Positions 18,960-28,032 of a stretch of 64,000 nucleotides of DNA are shown piece after piece (within the stretch, counting starts at the first letter, position 1; each line of letters begins with the position of its first letter). The notes beneath the pieces were generated by a model. That model was not told the DNA's origin. It made no database searches and worked only from the letters and a program-made list of their open reading frames with translations. This stretch comes from an uncultured Bacilli bacterium (lineage in GTDB: Bacteria; Bacillota_I; Bacilli_A; RFN20; CAG-826), in assembly GCA_905235705.1 (NCBI GenBank), contig CAJOML010000001.1, positions 12,118 through 76,117 on the forward strand, written 5' to 3'. The translations under genes and the position numbers were made by a program.

Positions 18960-19358
18960 ATGGATGAAGAAAACAGCGAGATAAAAGTCGTAAGCGATAC
19001 TGAATTTGTCTTAAGCGAAAGCCAAAAAGACATCATTAAAGAAGGCATCGAAAAAGTCGAGACCCTCAATGATTTCATCTCCGTTTTCGTCACCGCCGAT
19101 TCCTTTGTCCGGGCCCAAGGATCCCCCAGCGAAGAATACGAAGTTTTATTCCGCTCTACCCAAAACGCGATAAACATGATGTCTGATACTTTGAATTTCC
19201 CTGAGGATATCAAAGTCATGTCCCCGATTGTCTTCATGATGTTATTTTCAGCCTATTTGACTTTTATCCACGTCTATTCAAGCGAAGAACAAGAAAGCCT
19301 TGGGCAAGCCTTACTAGAGGCGACTGGTGTGATTAAGAAAAACACCCCTAAAGCGTGA
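18960..19358 (+). CDS. Hypothetical acidic protein (first gene of 4-gene operon)
   Basis: 132-aa ORF. Starts 5 nt after the HAD gene stop. Confidence 0.45.
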   Translation: MDEENSEIKVVSDTEFVLSESQKDIIKEGIEKVETLNDFISVFVTADSFVRAQGSPSEEYEVLFRSTQNAINMMSDTLNFPEDIKVMSPIVFMMLFSAYLTFIHVYSSEEQESLGQALLEATGVIKKNTPKA

Positions 19359-19408
19359 ACACTTGCGCGCTACGCGAAAGGGTTTAAAATATGCCAAGAG
19401 GTAATTTT

Positions 19409-19696
19409 ATGGAAAAAGACGCAGTTAAGTCTTTGGAACAACTTGTCCAACAAGCCAAAGAAAGAAACGCCGCCCTCAACGAAGAGGTAGACCAAGCCCT
19501 AAGCGAGTCTTTAGCTAACTATGGTGCTTCCCAAGAAGCTACTTTAAAATCGGCCGAAGAACTTTACGAGGAAACCTATCGCGACATTCAGTTGCGGGCT
19601 AAAAGAAGTATCCGCGAGCAAGATGAAAAATCGACCCAATCCCTTTTAAATGTCTATCACGGAACGAAAAAAGAGGAGGAACAGCAAGATGCCTGA
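19409..19696 (+). CDS. Hypothetical small acidic coiled-coil protein
   Basis: AGAGG RBS 8 nt before ATG 19409 (ORF track starts at 19391). Predicted helical. The stop overlaps the next start. Confidence 0.45.
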   Translation: MEKDAVKSLEQLVQQAKERNAALNEEVDQALSESLANYGASQEATLKSAEELYEETYRDIQLRAKRSIREQDEKSTQSLLNVYHGTKKEEEQQDA

Positions 19697-19970
19697 GAAT
19701 ACAGTTAGCCCAGAACTTCTTGCGGCGGTGACAGAGCGCCACCTTGCCGAAGAAGAACGTGCCCGCTCCTATTCCCTCAAAAGGGAACAAATCGCCTCCT
19801 CGGTTACCTTGACGGTCGAAAAATTAAACAAAACGAGCCAAGACGTGACCGCTTCCCAAATCCAGACAATGGAACAATTTTCCGCTTGTGTCGCCTCCAT
19901 TAATGCCTCTTATGCTGACTTAGTAAGGAAGATCAAAGAGGTCGGTCCCGAAGAAAGCGAGGGTGAATAA
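19689..19970 (+). CDS. Hypothetical small acidic helical protein
   Basis: GGAGGA RBS before ATG 19689. 8-nt overlap with the upstream gene (ATGCCTGA). Confidence 0.45.
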   Translation: MPENTVSPELLAAVTERHLAEEERARSYSLKREQIASSVTLTVEKLNKTSQDVTASQIQTMEQFSACVASINASYADLVRKIKEVGPEESEGE

Positions 19971-19971
19971 T

Positions 19972-21855
19972 ATGTCTGAACGCATCATCATTGCCCAAGG
20001 GCAGACGCCCGAAGCCATTCAAAAGGAAACCGAAGAAATCCGCAAAGAGATCGAATCCATCAAAGCCATTCGCCCTTATGCTGAAATCAATTTGGAAAAG
20101 ACCGAGGAACAAATTCACCGTGTTGGCGATAATTTAGGGAAAATCGCCGAACTCGAAGGTAAGTTCGCCGCATTAGAAGCCCTATGCGATTCTTTTATCA
20201 AAGGACGCGAAGATATTGCCCACTATGGCAAACTCTCGGAAGAGATCGTTGCTTTTGTCCGCGAACTTGTCGCCCAAAAACGTTATGGAGAAGCCCGCGA
20301 AGGCGCCAAGTTGCTTTTGAATAAATTCTTGACCCTCGATTATGGGTTCACCTTAAAACTGCAGAAAGCCATTCAGGAAATCGAAGGCCATCTCATCGCG
20401 GAAGTTTATTTCCAAGAAAACGAGAACCATATCGAAGAAAATACTCCCTTTGAAGAAGAGAATCTTAAAGCCTATGAAGAGCTTATTCCCGAATTAGGCG
20501 TTGAGCTCGATGGTGAAAAGAGCCGTTATTTCCATGCCGACCGGATCATCGGCTTCCGTTATGTCGATGCTTACCGCGCTTACGAAGAAAAAATCGATGG
20601 ACCCGAAGCCTTAATGAACGCAGTCATTCTCGATGGCGAGCTCAATAAAGGCGGTCTTGAACTGTCTGAAGTTACCCAAGATCGCAGGAAATTATTCCTT
20701 GATTTGATCCAATCCCGTTTTGATGTTCTTTCCCAAGAGGCTTTTGTCGGAGAAGTCTATGAGAACGCCCTCTTCTATTATGAACATCGCGATTGCATCG
20801 ATGTCAGTCTCTTAACCAGACAAGAATATTGTCTCCCGACCGAAGAAGAGTTCCACATGGCTTTCCTTAGCGAACGTGCCTCAAGGATGACGGCCGACGA
20901 ATTCTTTGCTTTCGCCAAGAGCTTAGAACCTTCCATTATTGCCGGGGATGCATTCACGATTTGTTTTGTCTCTTTGATGCTTTCTTCGGAAAAACTACCC
21001 GAATCCAAATTCGAATTGTTGGCCGCCTCTTTAGCGGGATGTGGCTTCGAAGCTTTGTTAATCGTCTTCGGTAAAGCGATGGATAACGGGCTTAGCGAAG
21101 AAAGACAATTCTCCTTGCTAAGTATGCTTATTCACGAGAAGAAGAAGGTTTGCACCTTGGATAAGGTCGCCCCCGCCCTTCTTGTCCTTGATCAGAAACT
21201 TGCCCCCTCGCAGCAAAAAGCATATGGGGCTTTACGCCGCGATTTGTTGCGTTCACCCCACAGCAAAAAAGCCATCGTCAAATCAAATGACGAATCTACC
21301 CATGCCTTGGTTGGCGAAACCAAAGCCACCTTCCGTGCACCGATGGGCAAGAAAATCAAAAACCCAAAAATCAAATCTTGGGATTTCATGTCGAAGCTAT
21401 TCTATGTGGCCTTTGCCATTATCCTCCCCTTGCTTTTAGCAGGTACTGCCGCAGCATTGATTTCGTTTACCCAGCTCGGTGATTCTTGGAAATACATTCT
21501 TTATATCGCTCCCTTTGCCGCTGCCATCATCGTTGCCATGATTGCCATCGATTACCGCTTCGGTCTTGATGAACGTGGATCTGGCGTGTGGGGATGGTTC
21601 TTCCTTTGGATTGGTTTGGCGCTTGGGGTTTGCGCTTTGCTGATCTTCATCTTCCCCGACTTTGCCAAGACAAATAACCTCCCAGTTTATGCCGGCTACA
21701 GTATCCTTGGTGCCTCGGCTGTCCTAGGAATCGCTTCTGCCTTCATCAAGGTGAAGAAGAAAAAATTCTATTTTGCTATCCAAGGTATCTTGCTCCTAGT
21801 CGTCATTGGCGCTTCCGTTATGCTCGCTTTGAGATTAATGAACGGCCTTATCTAA
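19972..21855 (+). CDS. Hypothetical protein, large cytoplasmic domain plus C-terminal 4-TM anchor
   Basis: GAGGG RBS before ATG 19972, immediately after the upstream TAA. The last 150 aa form 4 hydrophobic helices. Confidence 0.55.
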   Translation: MSERIIIAQGQTPEAIQKETEEIRKEIESIKAIRPYAEINLEKTEEQIHRVGDNLGKIAELEGKFAALEALCDSFIKGREDIAHYGKLSEEIVAFVRELVAQKRYGEAREGAKLLLNKFLTLDYGFTLKLQKAIQEIEGHLIAEVYFQENENHIEENTPFEEENLKAYEELIPELGVELDGEKSRYFHADRIIGFRYVDAYRAYEEKIDGPEALMNAVILDGELNKGGLELSEVTQDRRKLFLDLIQSRFDVLSQEAFVGEVYENALFYYEHRDCIDVSLLTRQEYCLPTEEEFHMAFLSERASRMTADEFFAFAKSLEPSIIAGDAFTICFVSLMLSSEKLPESKFELLAASLAGCGFEALLIVFGKAMDNGLSEERQFSLLSMLIHEKKKVCTLDKVAPALLVLDQKLAPSQQKAYGALRRDLLRSPHSKKAIVKSNDESTHALVGETKATFRAPMGKKIKNPKIKSWDFMSKLFYVAFAIILPLLLAGTAAALISFTQLGDSWKYILYIAPFAAAIIVAMIAIDYRFGLDERGSGVWGWFFLWIGLALGVCALLIFIFPDFAKTNNLPVYAGYSILGASAVLGIASAFIKVKKKKFYFAIQGILLLVVIGASVMLALRLMNGLI

Positions 21856-21979
21856 CCCTGCAAAAACGGTTTATTCTATTTGAAATTTAAAGCAAAAATC
21901 ACCTGCTAAGAAACTCCCTGTACCACAAACAAAGTTTCAATCCGCAGGTGATTTGCGCGTTTAATGGACTTTTTAGTTC

Positions 21980-22008
21980 TTGCATCCGCGCGCTCGCTAT
22001 ATATAATG
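21980..22008 (+). promoter_or_regulatory. Sigma-A type promoter TTGCAT-N17-TATAAT for the 22034 gene
   Basis: Hexamers at 21980-21985 and 22003-22008 with a 17-nt spacer, followed by an AAAGGAG RBS. Confidence 0.55.
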
Positions 22009-22033
22009 AGTTAAACAAAAAAGGAGATTTTGT

Positions 22034-23104
22034 ATGAAAAAAGGTCGCGTCATCGTTGCCCTTATCCTCAATGTCCTGATCCTCGGTGTTATTGGCTTTG
22101 CTTTAGTCAATCGCGCAGTTGGGTTTATGCCCAATTCCGTGCCGGTCAGCTTTGCGGAGATGGTTAAGTCTTACATCAACGATGCAAGCATCATTTTATT
22201 TGTCGCCGCTTTGCTTTCCCTTATCGGCGACATCACCATCCTTGCCGGTAAAAAGCCAAACAAGTTTGTCAATGTGTTCAAACTCATTGGCGCCACTGGT
22301 GGCTTGGTGATTACCGCTGGGGTCCTTGCCTATTGCATTCCCTTTGGCTATGGCGGGTGGACAATTAACTTCGTCACCGACTATTACTATGGATTGCTTC
22401 TTGTCCTCGTCGCCCCTGTCCTTGGCTTAATTTCCGCCATCTTGGAAGGGCAACCCAAACTCAAATGGCCCTATGCCTTCTTTGGTTTGATCGTTCCTGG
22501 TGTCTATGCCATCGCCAACTATGTCTTTGCGATGGTTAAAATCCAAGGCTTTGAATGGTATGACACCTATCATTTATTCCAGTGGCAAGATATGACCGGG
22601 CTTTGGATTAGCGTAGCTGTCCTTGGTTCGTTTGCCGTTGGTTCCTTCCTCATCGCGTACTGCATTGTCATGCTCCGCCGCATTGGCAAGAAGCAAGAAG
22701 AAGTTCCTGCTGTCGAACCCGTTGCTGAACCCGCACCTGTGGCTGAAGAAGCCAAATCCGAAGAGCCCGCTCCTACCGAGGAGTCCAAACCTGAAGAACC
22801 CAAATCCGAAGAGCCTGCTCCAGCCCAACCTCAACCCTCGAAAAAAGTTCTTGCCCGTCGTCGCCGTTCTGCTCCTGTGGCCGCCCCGCGTCGCGCCGTC
22901 CCGACTGGACGCCCTGGCCCTCGTGTTTACCACGTTGCCAAGCATCCTAGCGGCCAATGGTCGATTAAACTTGCTTCCTCCGATAAGGTTATCAAACTCT
23001 TTGATACCCAAGCCGAAGCAATCGCTTATGCCAAGGGCTTAGTCGAAAGCCGTGGCGGATCGGTCAGAATCCACTCCGTCTCCGGAAGACTTCGCAAAGA
23101 ATAA
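22034..23104 (+). CDS. Polytopic membrane protein with Pro/Glu-rich linker and C-terminal DUF2188-like domain
   Basis: About 7 TM helices, then EPAPVAEE repeats, then a C-terminal YHVAKHPSGQWSIK...FDTQAEAIAYAKGL..GGSVRIHSVSGR matching the DUF2188 pattern. Confidence 0.6.
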   Translation: MKKGRVIVALILNVLILGVIGFALVNRAVGFMPNSVPVSFAEMVKSYINDASIILFVAALLSLIGDITILAGKKPNKFVNVFKLIGATGGLVITAGVLAYCIPFGYGGWTINFVTDYYYGLLLVLVAPVLGLISAILEGQPKLKWPYAFFGLIVPGVYAIANYVFAMVKIQGFEWYDTYHLFQWQDMTGLWISVAVLGSFAVGSFLIAYCIVMLRRIGKKQEEVPAVEPVAEPAPVAEEAKSEEPAPTEESKPEEPKSEEPAPAQPQPSKKVLARRRRSAPVAAPRRAVPTGRPGPRVYHVAKHPSGQWSIKLASSDKVIKLFDTQAEAIAYAKGLVESRGGSVRIHSVSGRLRKE

Positions 23105-23174
23105 AATCATTTACCTCCTAAGTATTGAATTATTTTCTCAAACGGGGAAAATTTAATGCAAAGGAGGTTTTCTT

Positions 23175-23654
23175 ATGGAAAGACGACTCAATGGACGATT
23201 GGTTGCCTCCGTCTCCCTCTTCTTAGCTACATTAATCTTATTAATCGTTATTGTCGCGATTGATTATGGCGTTGGCATCCGGGCCAGCATTGGCAATGGG
23301 CCTTACGACGATTTCGTGGCGACGATGAGATTTGGCCTTGGCGGATTATATGGAATATTCGGTTCGATTATCTTCTATGGTGGAATCGTCTTATTTATCG
23401 TTTCCTTTATTTATTTCTATATTAAGAAAACCCTCCGTTATATATTCTTACCGATTATTGGCATTTCCGCTTTTGAGATTGGGGCTTATATGCTCCAGTG
23501 CGTTTCTTATAGAGACGTAGCTGGTTTGCCAAGTTGGTATGGTGGATTTGCGATATTCGCCGTCGCGGCTTCGCTAAGCTTCGGTATTGCCGCCTTTACA
23601 TTAAGTTTTGTCTTCCCAAGACTGCTCATAAAAAAAGCCAACGATCCAGATTAA
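23175..23654 (+). CDS. Small membrane protein (4 TM), unknown function
   Basis: AAGGAGG RBS. Hydrophobic profile. Confidence 0.5.
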   Translation: MERRLNGRLVASVSLFLATLILLIVIVAIDYGVGIRASIGNGPYDDFVATMRFGLGGLYGIFGSIIFYGGIVLFIVSFIYFYIKKTLRYIFLPIIGISAFEIGAYMLQCVSYRDVAGLPSWYGGFAIFAVAASLSFGIAAFTLSFVFPRLLIKKANDPD

Positions 23655-23678
23655 GGTCGTTGGCTTTTCGAATACAGG

Positions 23679-24665
23679 TCATTCTTCTATTATTGGGTTT
23701 TCCGGTTTTCCATATGCCTCAAACACAGAAGAAAGAGGATCATTATGGATAACGCGCTCAATGCATTCGGCGAGCATCGAAGCTAGAGAAACAACGCGAA
23801 TGTTTTTCAAGGCACTGAAGCGTTTTGGCAAAGGAATGGAATCGGTGACGATGATTTCGTCGAAGGGCTTATCTTTTAATAAGTCATAGCAAGGGTCGGA
23901 GAAGACCGGGTGAACGGCGGCGATACGAACTGATTTAGCACCAGCGGCACGTAAGGCCTTTGCCCCGATGATAGCTGAGCGCCCCGTATCGATCATATCA
24001 TCGATCATGAAGCAATCTTTGCCAGCGACAGAACCAATGATTTCCATGACTTCGGGTTCATTGTTATGCTGGCGACGTTTATCGATGATGGCGATGGGGT
24101 GCCCTCCTAAAGAAACGGCAAGGTCACGGGCGCGTTTAACCCCGCCATGGTCAGGGGAAACGACGATGGTGTTCTCCAAATCCGTGTCAGAATTTAGAAT
24201 TGCCGAACCTAGAAGCGGAACGGCGGTCAAATCATCGACAAGGCAAGAGAAGAAGCCCTGGATTTGGGCGGCGTGGAGATTGACTGTGACGACGCGGTCA
24301 ACCCCGGCAGTGGTCAAAAGATGCGCCACCAAAGCGGCGGTGATGGGTTGCCTGGGTTTGGCTTTGCGGTCTTGTCTAGCATAACCAAAATAGGGACAGA
24401 TTAGATTAATCTCTTTCGCCGAGGCGCGCTTCAAGGCATCGATGAAAATCAATACCTCAAAAATATTATCGTTAACAGGAGGGCAAGTGGGTTGGATGAT
24501 AAAGACTTGCTTGCCGCGAACGGTTTTAATTGGCTCGACGATGATTTCGCCAGAAGGGAAATGCTTAATGGAAACTTCGGAAAGCTCAGTCCCTAACTTT
24601 TTGGCAATCGCCTTAGCGAGTTCGGGGTTCCCCGAGAGGGAGAATACGGCGGCATTTTCATTCAT
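23679..24665 (-). CDS. prs: Ribose-phosphate pyrophosphokinase
   Basis: GYARQDRK, a PRPP-binding loop and a size of 328 aa. Confidence 0.9.
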   Translation of the reverse strand: MNENAAVFSLSGNPELAKAIAKKLGTELSEVSIKHFPSGEIIVEPIKTVRGKQVFIIQPTCPPVNDNIFEVLIFIDALKRASAKEINLICPYFGYARQDRKAKPRQPITAALVAHLLTTAGVDRVVTVNLHAAQIQGFFSCLVDDLTAVPLLGSAILNSDTDLENTIVVSPDHGGVKRARDLAVSLGGHPIAIIDKRRQHNNEPEVMEIIGSVAGKDCFMIDDMIDTGRSAIIGAKALRAAGAKSVRIAAVHPVFSDPCYDLLKDKPFDEIIVTDSIPLPKRFSALKNIRVVSLASMLAECIERVIHNDPLSSVFEAYGKPENPIIEE

Positions 24666-24765
24666 AGGTTTTCCTCGCAGACGGCTTAATTATAAATGCG
24701 CACGTGTGGAGCAGGTAATATTTTTAGATTAATCTCACCGTTCATTAGTGTATAATGCGACCAAT

Positions 24766-25326
24766 ATGAAAAAGGTCGTCCTTACAGAAAAAGAGATTTC
24801 ATCTATTTGCCAAAAGCTCGGCGAAACCATTTCTGCCCAGTATCAAAGCAATGAAAAGCCCCCTGTCTTAATCTGCGTTATGAATGGGGCGCTGAATTTC
24901 ACGGCCGATTTAATGAAACATCTAACGATTGACGTTGCCTTTGACTATGTCCAAGTCAAATCTTGGGAAGGAACGAAATCGACTGGCCAAATCCAAATGG
25001 CCAAAGAAGTGTCGACCCCATTGGACGGACGCGATGTGATCATCGTGGAAGATATCGTCGATACGGGGCTATCCATGCATTATCTTCTCCATCACCTAAA
25101 TCAAAAGTTCAAACCGAAATCAATCAGGATTTGCGCTCTTTTCGATAAACCGTTAGGAAGAAAAATACCCGTCAAAGTTGACTTCGTCGGGTATCGTCTT
25201 GATCATGATGAATTCTTAGTCGGCTATGGCCTTGATTATAAAGGCCTAGTCCGCAATGTCCCTTATGTCTTTGTTCCCAGCGAAGAGGAAATACTCCATT
25301 GGGATGAACTGACCGACAAAGATTAA
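24766..25326 (+). CDS. hpt: Hypoxanthine-guanine phosphoribosyltransferase
   Basis: VIIVEDIVDTGLSM PRPP motif. The ORF track begins at a GTG at 24748 that lies inside the gTGtATAAT promoter element, so ATG 24766 is preferred. Confidence 0.8.
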   Translation: MKKVVLTEKEISSICQKLGETISAQYQSNEKPPVLICVMNGALNFTADLMKHLTIDVAFDYVQVKSWEGTKSTGQIQMAKEVSTPLDGRDVIIVEDIVDTGLSMHYLLHHLNQKFKPKSIRICALFDKPLGRKIPVKVDFVGYRLDHDEFLVGYGLDYKGLVRNVPYVFVPSEEEILHWDELTDKD

Positions 25327-25952
25327 TCGAGGGTTCCGTAAATACGATCGCCTGCATCGCCAAGTCCAGGAAGGATGTAGGCTTTTTCGTTTAAGCAGCG
25401 GTCTAATGCTCCGATATAGAGAACGACTTCGGGATTTTCTTGGGTGAAGCGTTTCACCCCTTCAGGAGCGGCGATGATGCAACAGAAGGCAATGACATTG
25501 GCTCCTTTTTCTTTTAATAATTTGACGGCATCTCCAGAGGAGCCCCCGGTCGCAAGCATTGGGTCAAGAAGAATGACTTTTTTATTTTCCAAGTGAGTGG
25601 GCAGTTTGGCATAAGAGAGGTGGGAGAGAAAGGTTGCTTCATCTCGGGCCATCGCGATGAAGCCTTCGCTAGCGCAAGGCAGCATTTCCCTGGCCCCGTC
25701 TCCCATCGCTAAACCCGCCCTTAAAATCGAGACGAAGCAAATTTCCTCATCTTCTAAAGTCAAGCCGGTGCAGGTTTCTAAAGGCGTTTCGACTTGGATT
25801 TGCTTTCCCTGAAAAGTTTTCAATGCTTCGTAGGTCTCAATCATTCCGATTTCTTTGACGATAGAACGGAATAGGCCAGGGCGAGTGGCTTTGTTTCTAA
25901 GGATGGAAATCTTGTGATTAATAACCGCGTTTGACAAAATGATGGGTTCCAT
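25323..25952 (-). CDS. upp: Uracil phosphoribosyltransferase
   Basis: Upp-like sequence with the LLDPMLATGGS PRPP motif. GGAGG RBS before ATG 25952. The ORF-track N-terminal extension is rejected. Confidence 0.8.
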   Translation of the reverse strand: MEPIILSNAVINHKISILRNKATRPGLFRSIVKEIGMIETYEALKTFQGKQIQVETPLETCTGLTLEDEEICFVSILRAGLAMGDGAREMLPCASEGFIAMARDEATFLSHLSYAKLPTHLENKKVILLDPMLATGGSSGDAVKLLKEKGANVIAFCCIIAAPEGVKRFTQENPEVVLYIGALDRCLNEKAYILPGLGDAGDRIYGTLD

Positions 25953-25980
25953 AATAGCCTCCATTAAAAAGAAATCCCCA

Positions 25981-26496
25981 TCAATGGGGATATTTGACAA
26001 GAGAGAAGAAGGGAGCGGAAACTTTGTCTTTTCCGTTAAGGTCAGTGAGCTCGATAAGAGTAACGATGCCAACAACCTCGATGCCTTCCTCTTTTAACAT
26101 AGATTCGAGGACGGCAAGGGTTCCGCCTGTTGCCATGAGGTCATCGGCGAGGACGACCCTAGTCCCTTTCTTTAAGCCAAAGGCAGGAATCTCAAGGGTG
26201 TCGGTGCCATACTCAAGTTCATAAGTTTTGGCAATTGTCTTGCCTGGCAATTTGCCTTTTTTTCTGGCCATGAGGAAGCCTTTGCCAAGAGCGTAGGCAA
26301 GGGGAGCGCCGACGACGAATCCGCGCGCCTCGGGTCCGATGATGATATCGGGATTCAAAGGGGCAACGATGTCTTTGAGCTCCGCGATTGCGGAAGAAAA
26401 GGCCTCGCCATTAGAAAGAAGGGGGGAAATATCCTTGAACGAAATCCCGGCCTTAGGGAAGTCTTCTTGGATACGAATGTGTTGTTTGTAATCCAT
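25981..26496 (-). CDS. apt: Adenine phosphoribosyltransferase
   Basis: FKDISPLL, VVLADDLMATGGT and a size of 172 aa. Confidence 0.85.
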   Translation of the reverse strand: MDYKQHIRIQEDFPKAGISFKDISPLLSNGEAFSSAIAELKDIVAPLNPDIIIGPEARGFVVGAPLAYALGKGFLMARKKGKLPGKTIAKTYELEYGTDTLEIPAFGLKKGTRVVLADDLMATGGTLAVLESMLKEEGIEVVGIVTLIELTDLNGKDKVSAPFFSLVKYPH

Positions 26497-26519
26497 ACCG
26501 AGGGATATTCTACTAGGTC

Positions 26520-27125
26520 TTGGATAAAGTTCAATTGGCAAACTGCCCTTTGGGCATTATGATAATCACCATGAACACCGAAAAAGAAAAATTATTAAAA
26601 AAAGTGAAGTTGGTCTATAGCCTTGAACTGGCTATCTTTTTTGCCATCTTCGCTGTCCTTGGGACTCTCTTCCTCACCCAAGTCATCTCCGTCGCAGACT
26701 GGAAGCGAATCGCCTTCTCCTATGTCACATTGATCGGCGGGACGTGGTTGATCATCGATTTTATTTGGATGCTGGCTTCTAAAAAAAGAAGGGCCAAAAA
26801 TTCCTTCTTCGACAAAATCATCGTCTTACCAGCCGCTATCACCGTCATCTGTTTTGATATCTATGCGTTTGCCAATGGCTTAGTCCATATTCCTGAAGGC
26901 GTCGAGACCTCCCCCTTGTTCCGTTATTTCATCGGCATCGATATCCTCTATCTCGCCTTTTGCTATCTTGCCCAGATTATCTACCACTGGTTCCGTCCGC
27001 TCCCCTCTCTTATCATTGCCGTCGAAGACGCTTTAAAAGAAGAGGAAGAAGAAGCCAAGAAAGAGATGGCGTTAGAGCAGGAAAAGGTTGAAGAAAAGCC
27101 TGAAGAACCTAAAGAAAAAGAATAA
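26520..27125 (+). CDS. Membrane protein with acidic Glu/Lys-rich C-terminal tail
   Basis: 4 TM helices followed by EEEEEAKKEMALEQEKVEEKPEEPKEKE. Confidence 0.45.
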   Translation: MDKVQLANCPLGIMIITMNTEKEKLLKKVKLVYSLELAIFFAIFAVLGTLFLTQVISVADWKRIAFSYVTLIGGTWLIIDFIWMLASKKRRAKNSFFDKIIVLPAAITVICFDIYAFANGLVHIPEGVETSPLFRYFIGIDILYLAFCYLAQIIYHWFRPLPSLIIAVEDALKEEEEEAKKEMALEQEKVEEKPEEPKEKE

Positions 27126-27142
27126 TAAAGCGGGGATTTGCT

Positions 27143-27832
27143 ATGATTTGTTTTGTTTTTGCCATGGATAAAGAAGCCACTTTCTTGCTTGATTCCTACC
27201 CCCATAAACAGCAGCAGATTGGCTTCGCGAAATATTATGAATGCGAAGGTCCACACGGAAAATTTGCCGTCTTGGTTAGCGGCATTGGGAAGGTGTTTGC
27301 CGGAAGTGCTTTATCTGCTTTACTTGCCTTAAAAAAGGACGAAATCGATGGGGTTATCAATCTTGGCGTCGGAGGAAGCTTAAATGGTGAGAAGGCCGGT
27401 TTGTTCTCTTGCCTAATCGGTTCCGCTTATCTCCAACACGATTTGGACACTTCCCCGATTGGCGACCCAATCGGCATGGTTTCCGGAATCAATGTCATTC
27501 GTTTCCCCGGTCATGAGAAATTGATGGAAGCGGTGGCTAAGGCATGTACTGAAAATGGCATCGGCTGCGAAAACGGAACAATTTGCTCAGGTGATCAATT
27601 CATCGCTGCGGAAAAACAAAAAGAAGAGATCCTAGCTAAATTCGAAGATGCCGTTAGCATCGATATGGAAAGTGCCGCCTTTGCTCAGGTCGCCTATGTC
27701 TATGCAGTGCCTTATGTGGCAGCTAGATTTATCTCTGACGTTAACGCACCTGAGGAATATCACAAGAATCTTCCTGTGTGCGCTCAAAAATTGGCTATCG
27801 TTGCTAAGTGGTTAATTGACCATATCTGTTAA
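27143..27832 (+). CDS. mtnN: 5'-methylthioadenosine/S-adenosylhomocysteine nucleosidase
   Basis: PNP_UDP_1 fold motifs (GIGKV, SIDMESAA). 229 aa. Confidence 0.8.
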   Translation: MICFVFAMDKEATFLLDSYPHKQQQIGFAKYYECEGPHGKFAVLVSGIGKVFAGSALSALLALKKDEIDGVINLGVGGSLNGEKAGLFSCLIGSAYLQHDLDTSPIGDPIGMVSGINVIRFPGHEKLMEAVAKACTENGIGCENGTICSGDQFIAAEKQKEEILAKFEDAVSIDMESAAFAQVAYVYAVPYVAARFISDVNAPEEYHKNLPVCAQKLAIVAKWLIDHIC

Positions 27833-27845
27833 TGCCAGTGAAGAA

Positions 27846-27876
27846 ACGGCCCTTCTTTGAGGGGTCTTTTTCTTAA
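27846..27876 (+). terminator. Rho-independent terminator after mtnN
   Basis: A ggccc / gggtc hairpin followed by ttttt. Confidence 0.45.
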
Positions 27877-28032
27877 GGCAATCTCGTGCCACCGCCCCAA
27901 GGAGGGGGACGGTTATCATTCCAGTAATACGGACCTCCTTGGCGGCGATCGTCTACCCCGTTACGAGGAAGAAGAATTTTCCCATCGTCATACTCTAGCG
28001 CAAAGGAAGATTGATTTTATAATAGTCGTATT

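Noticed and set aside
22680-22860. Imperfect DNA repeats resembling a short array
   Set aside because: They are in frame inside a CDS and encode an EPAPVAEE/KSEEP low-complexity linker. They are neither CRISPR nor a mobile repeat.
24748-24765. Upstream GTG start for hpt (MYNATNM...)
   Set aside because: The GTG lies inside the gTGtATAAT promoter element. ATG 24766 matches the Hpt N-terminus.
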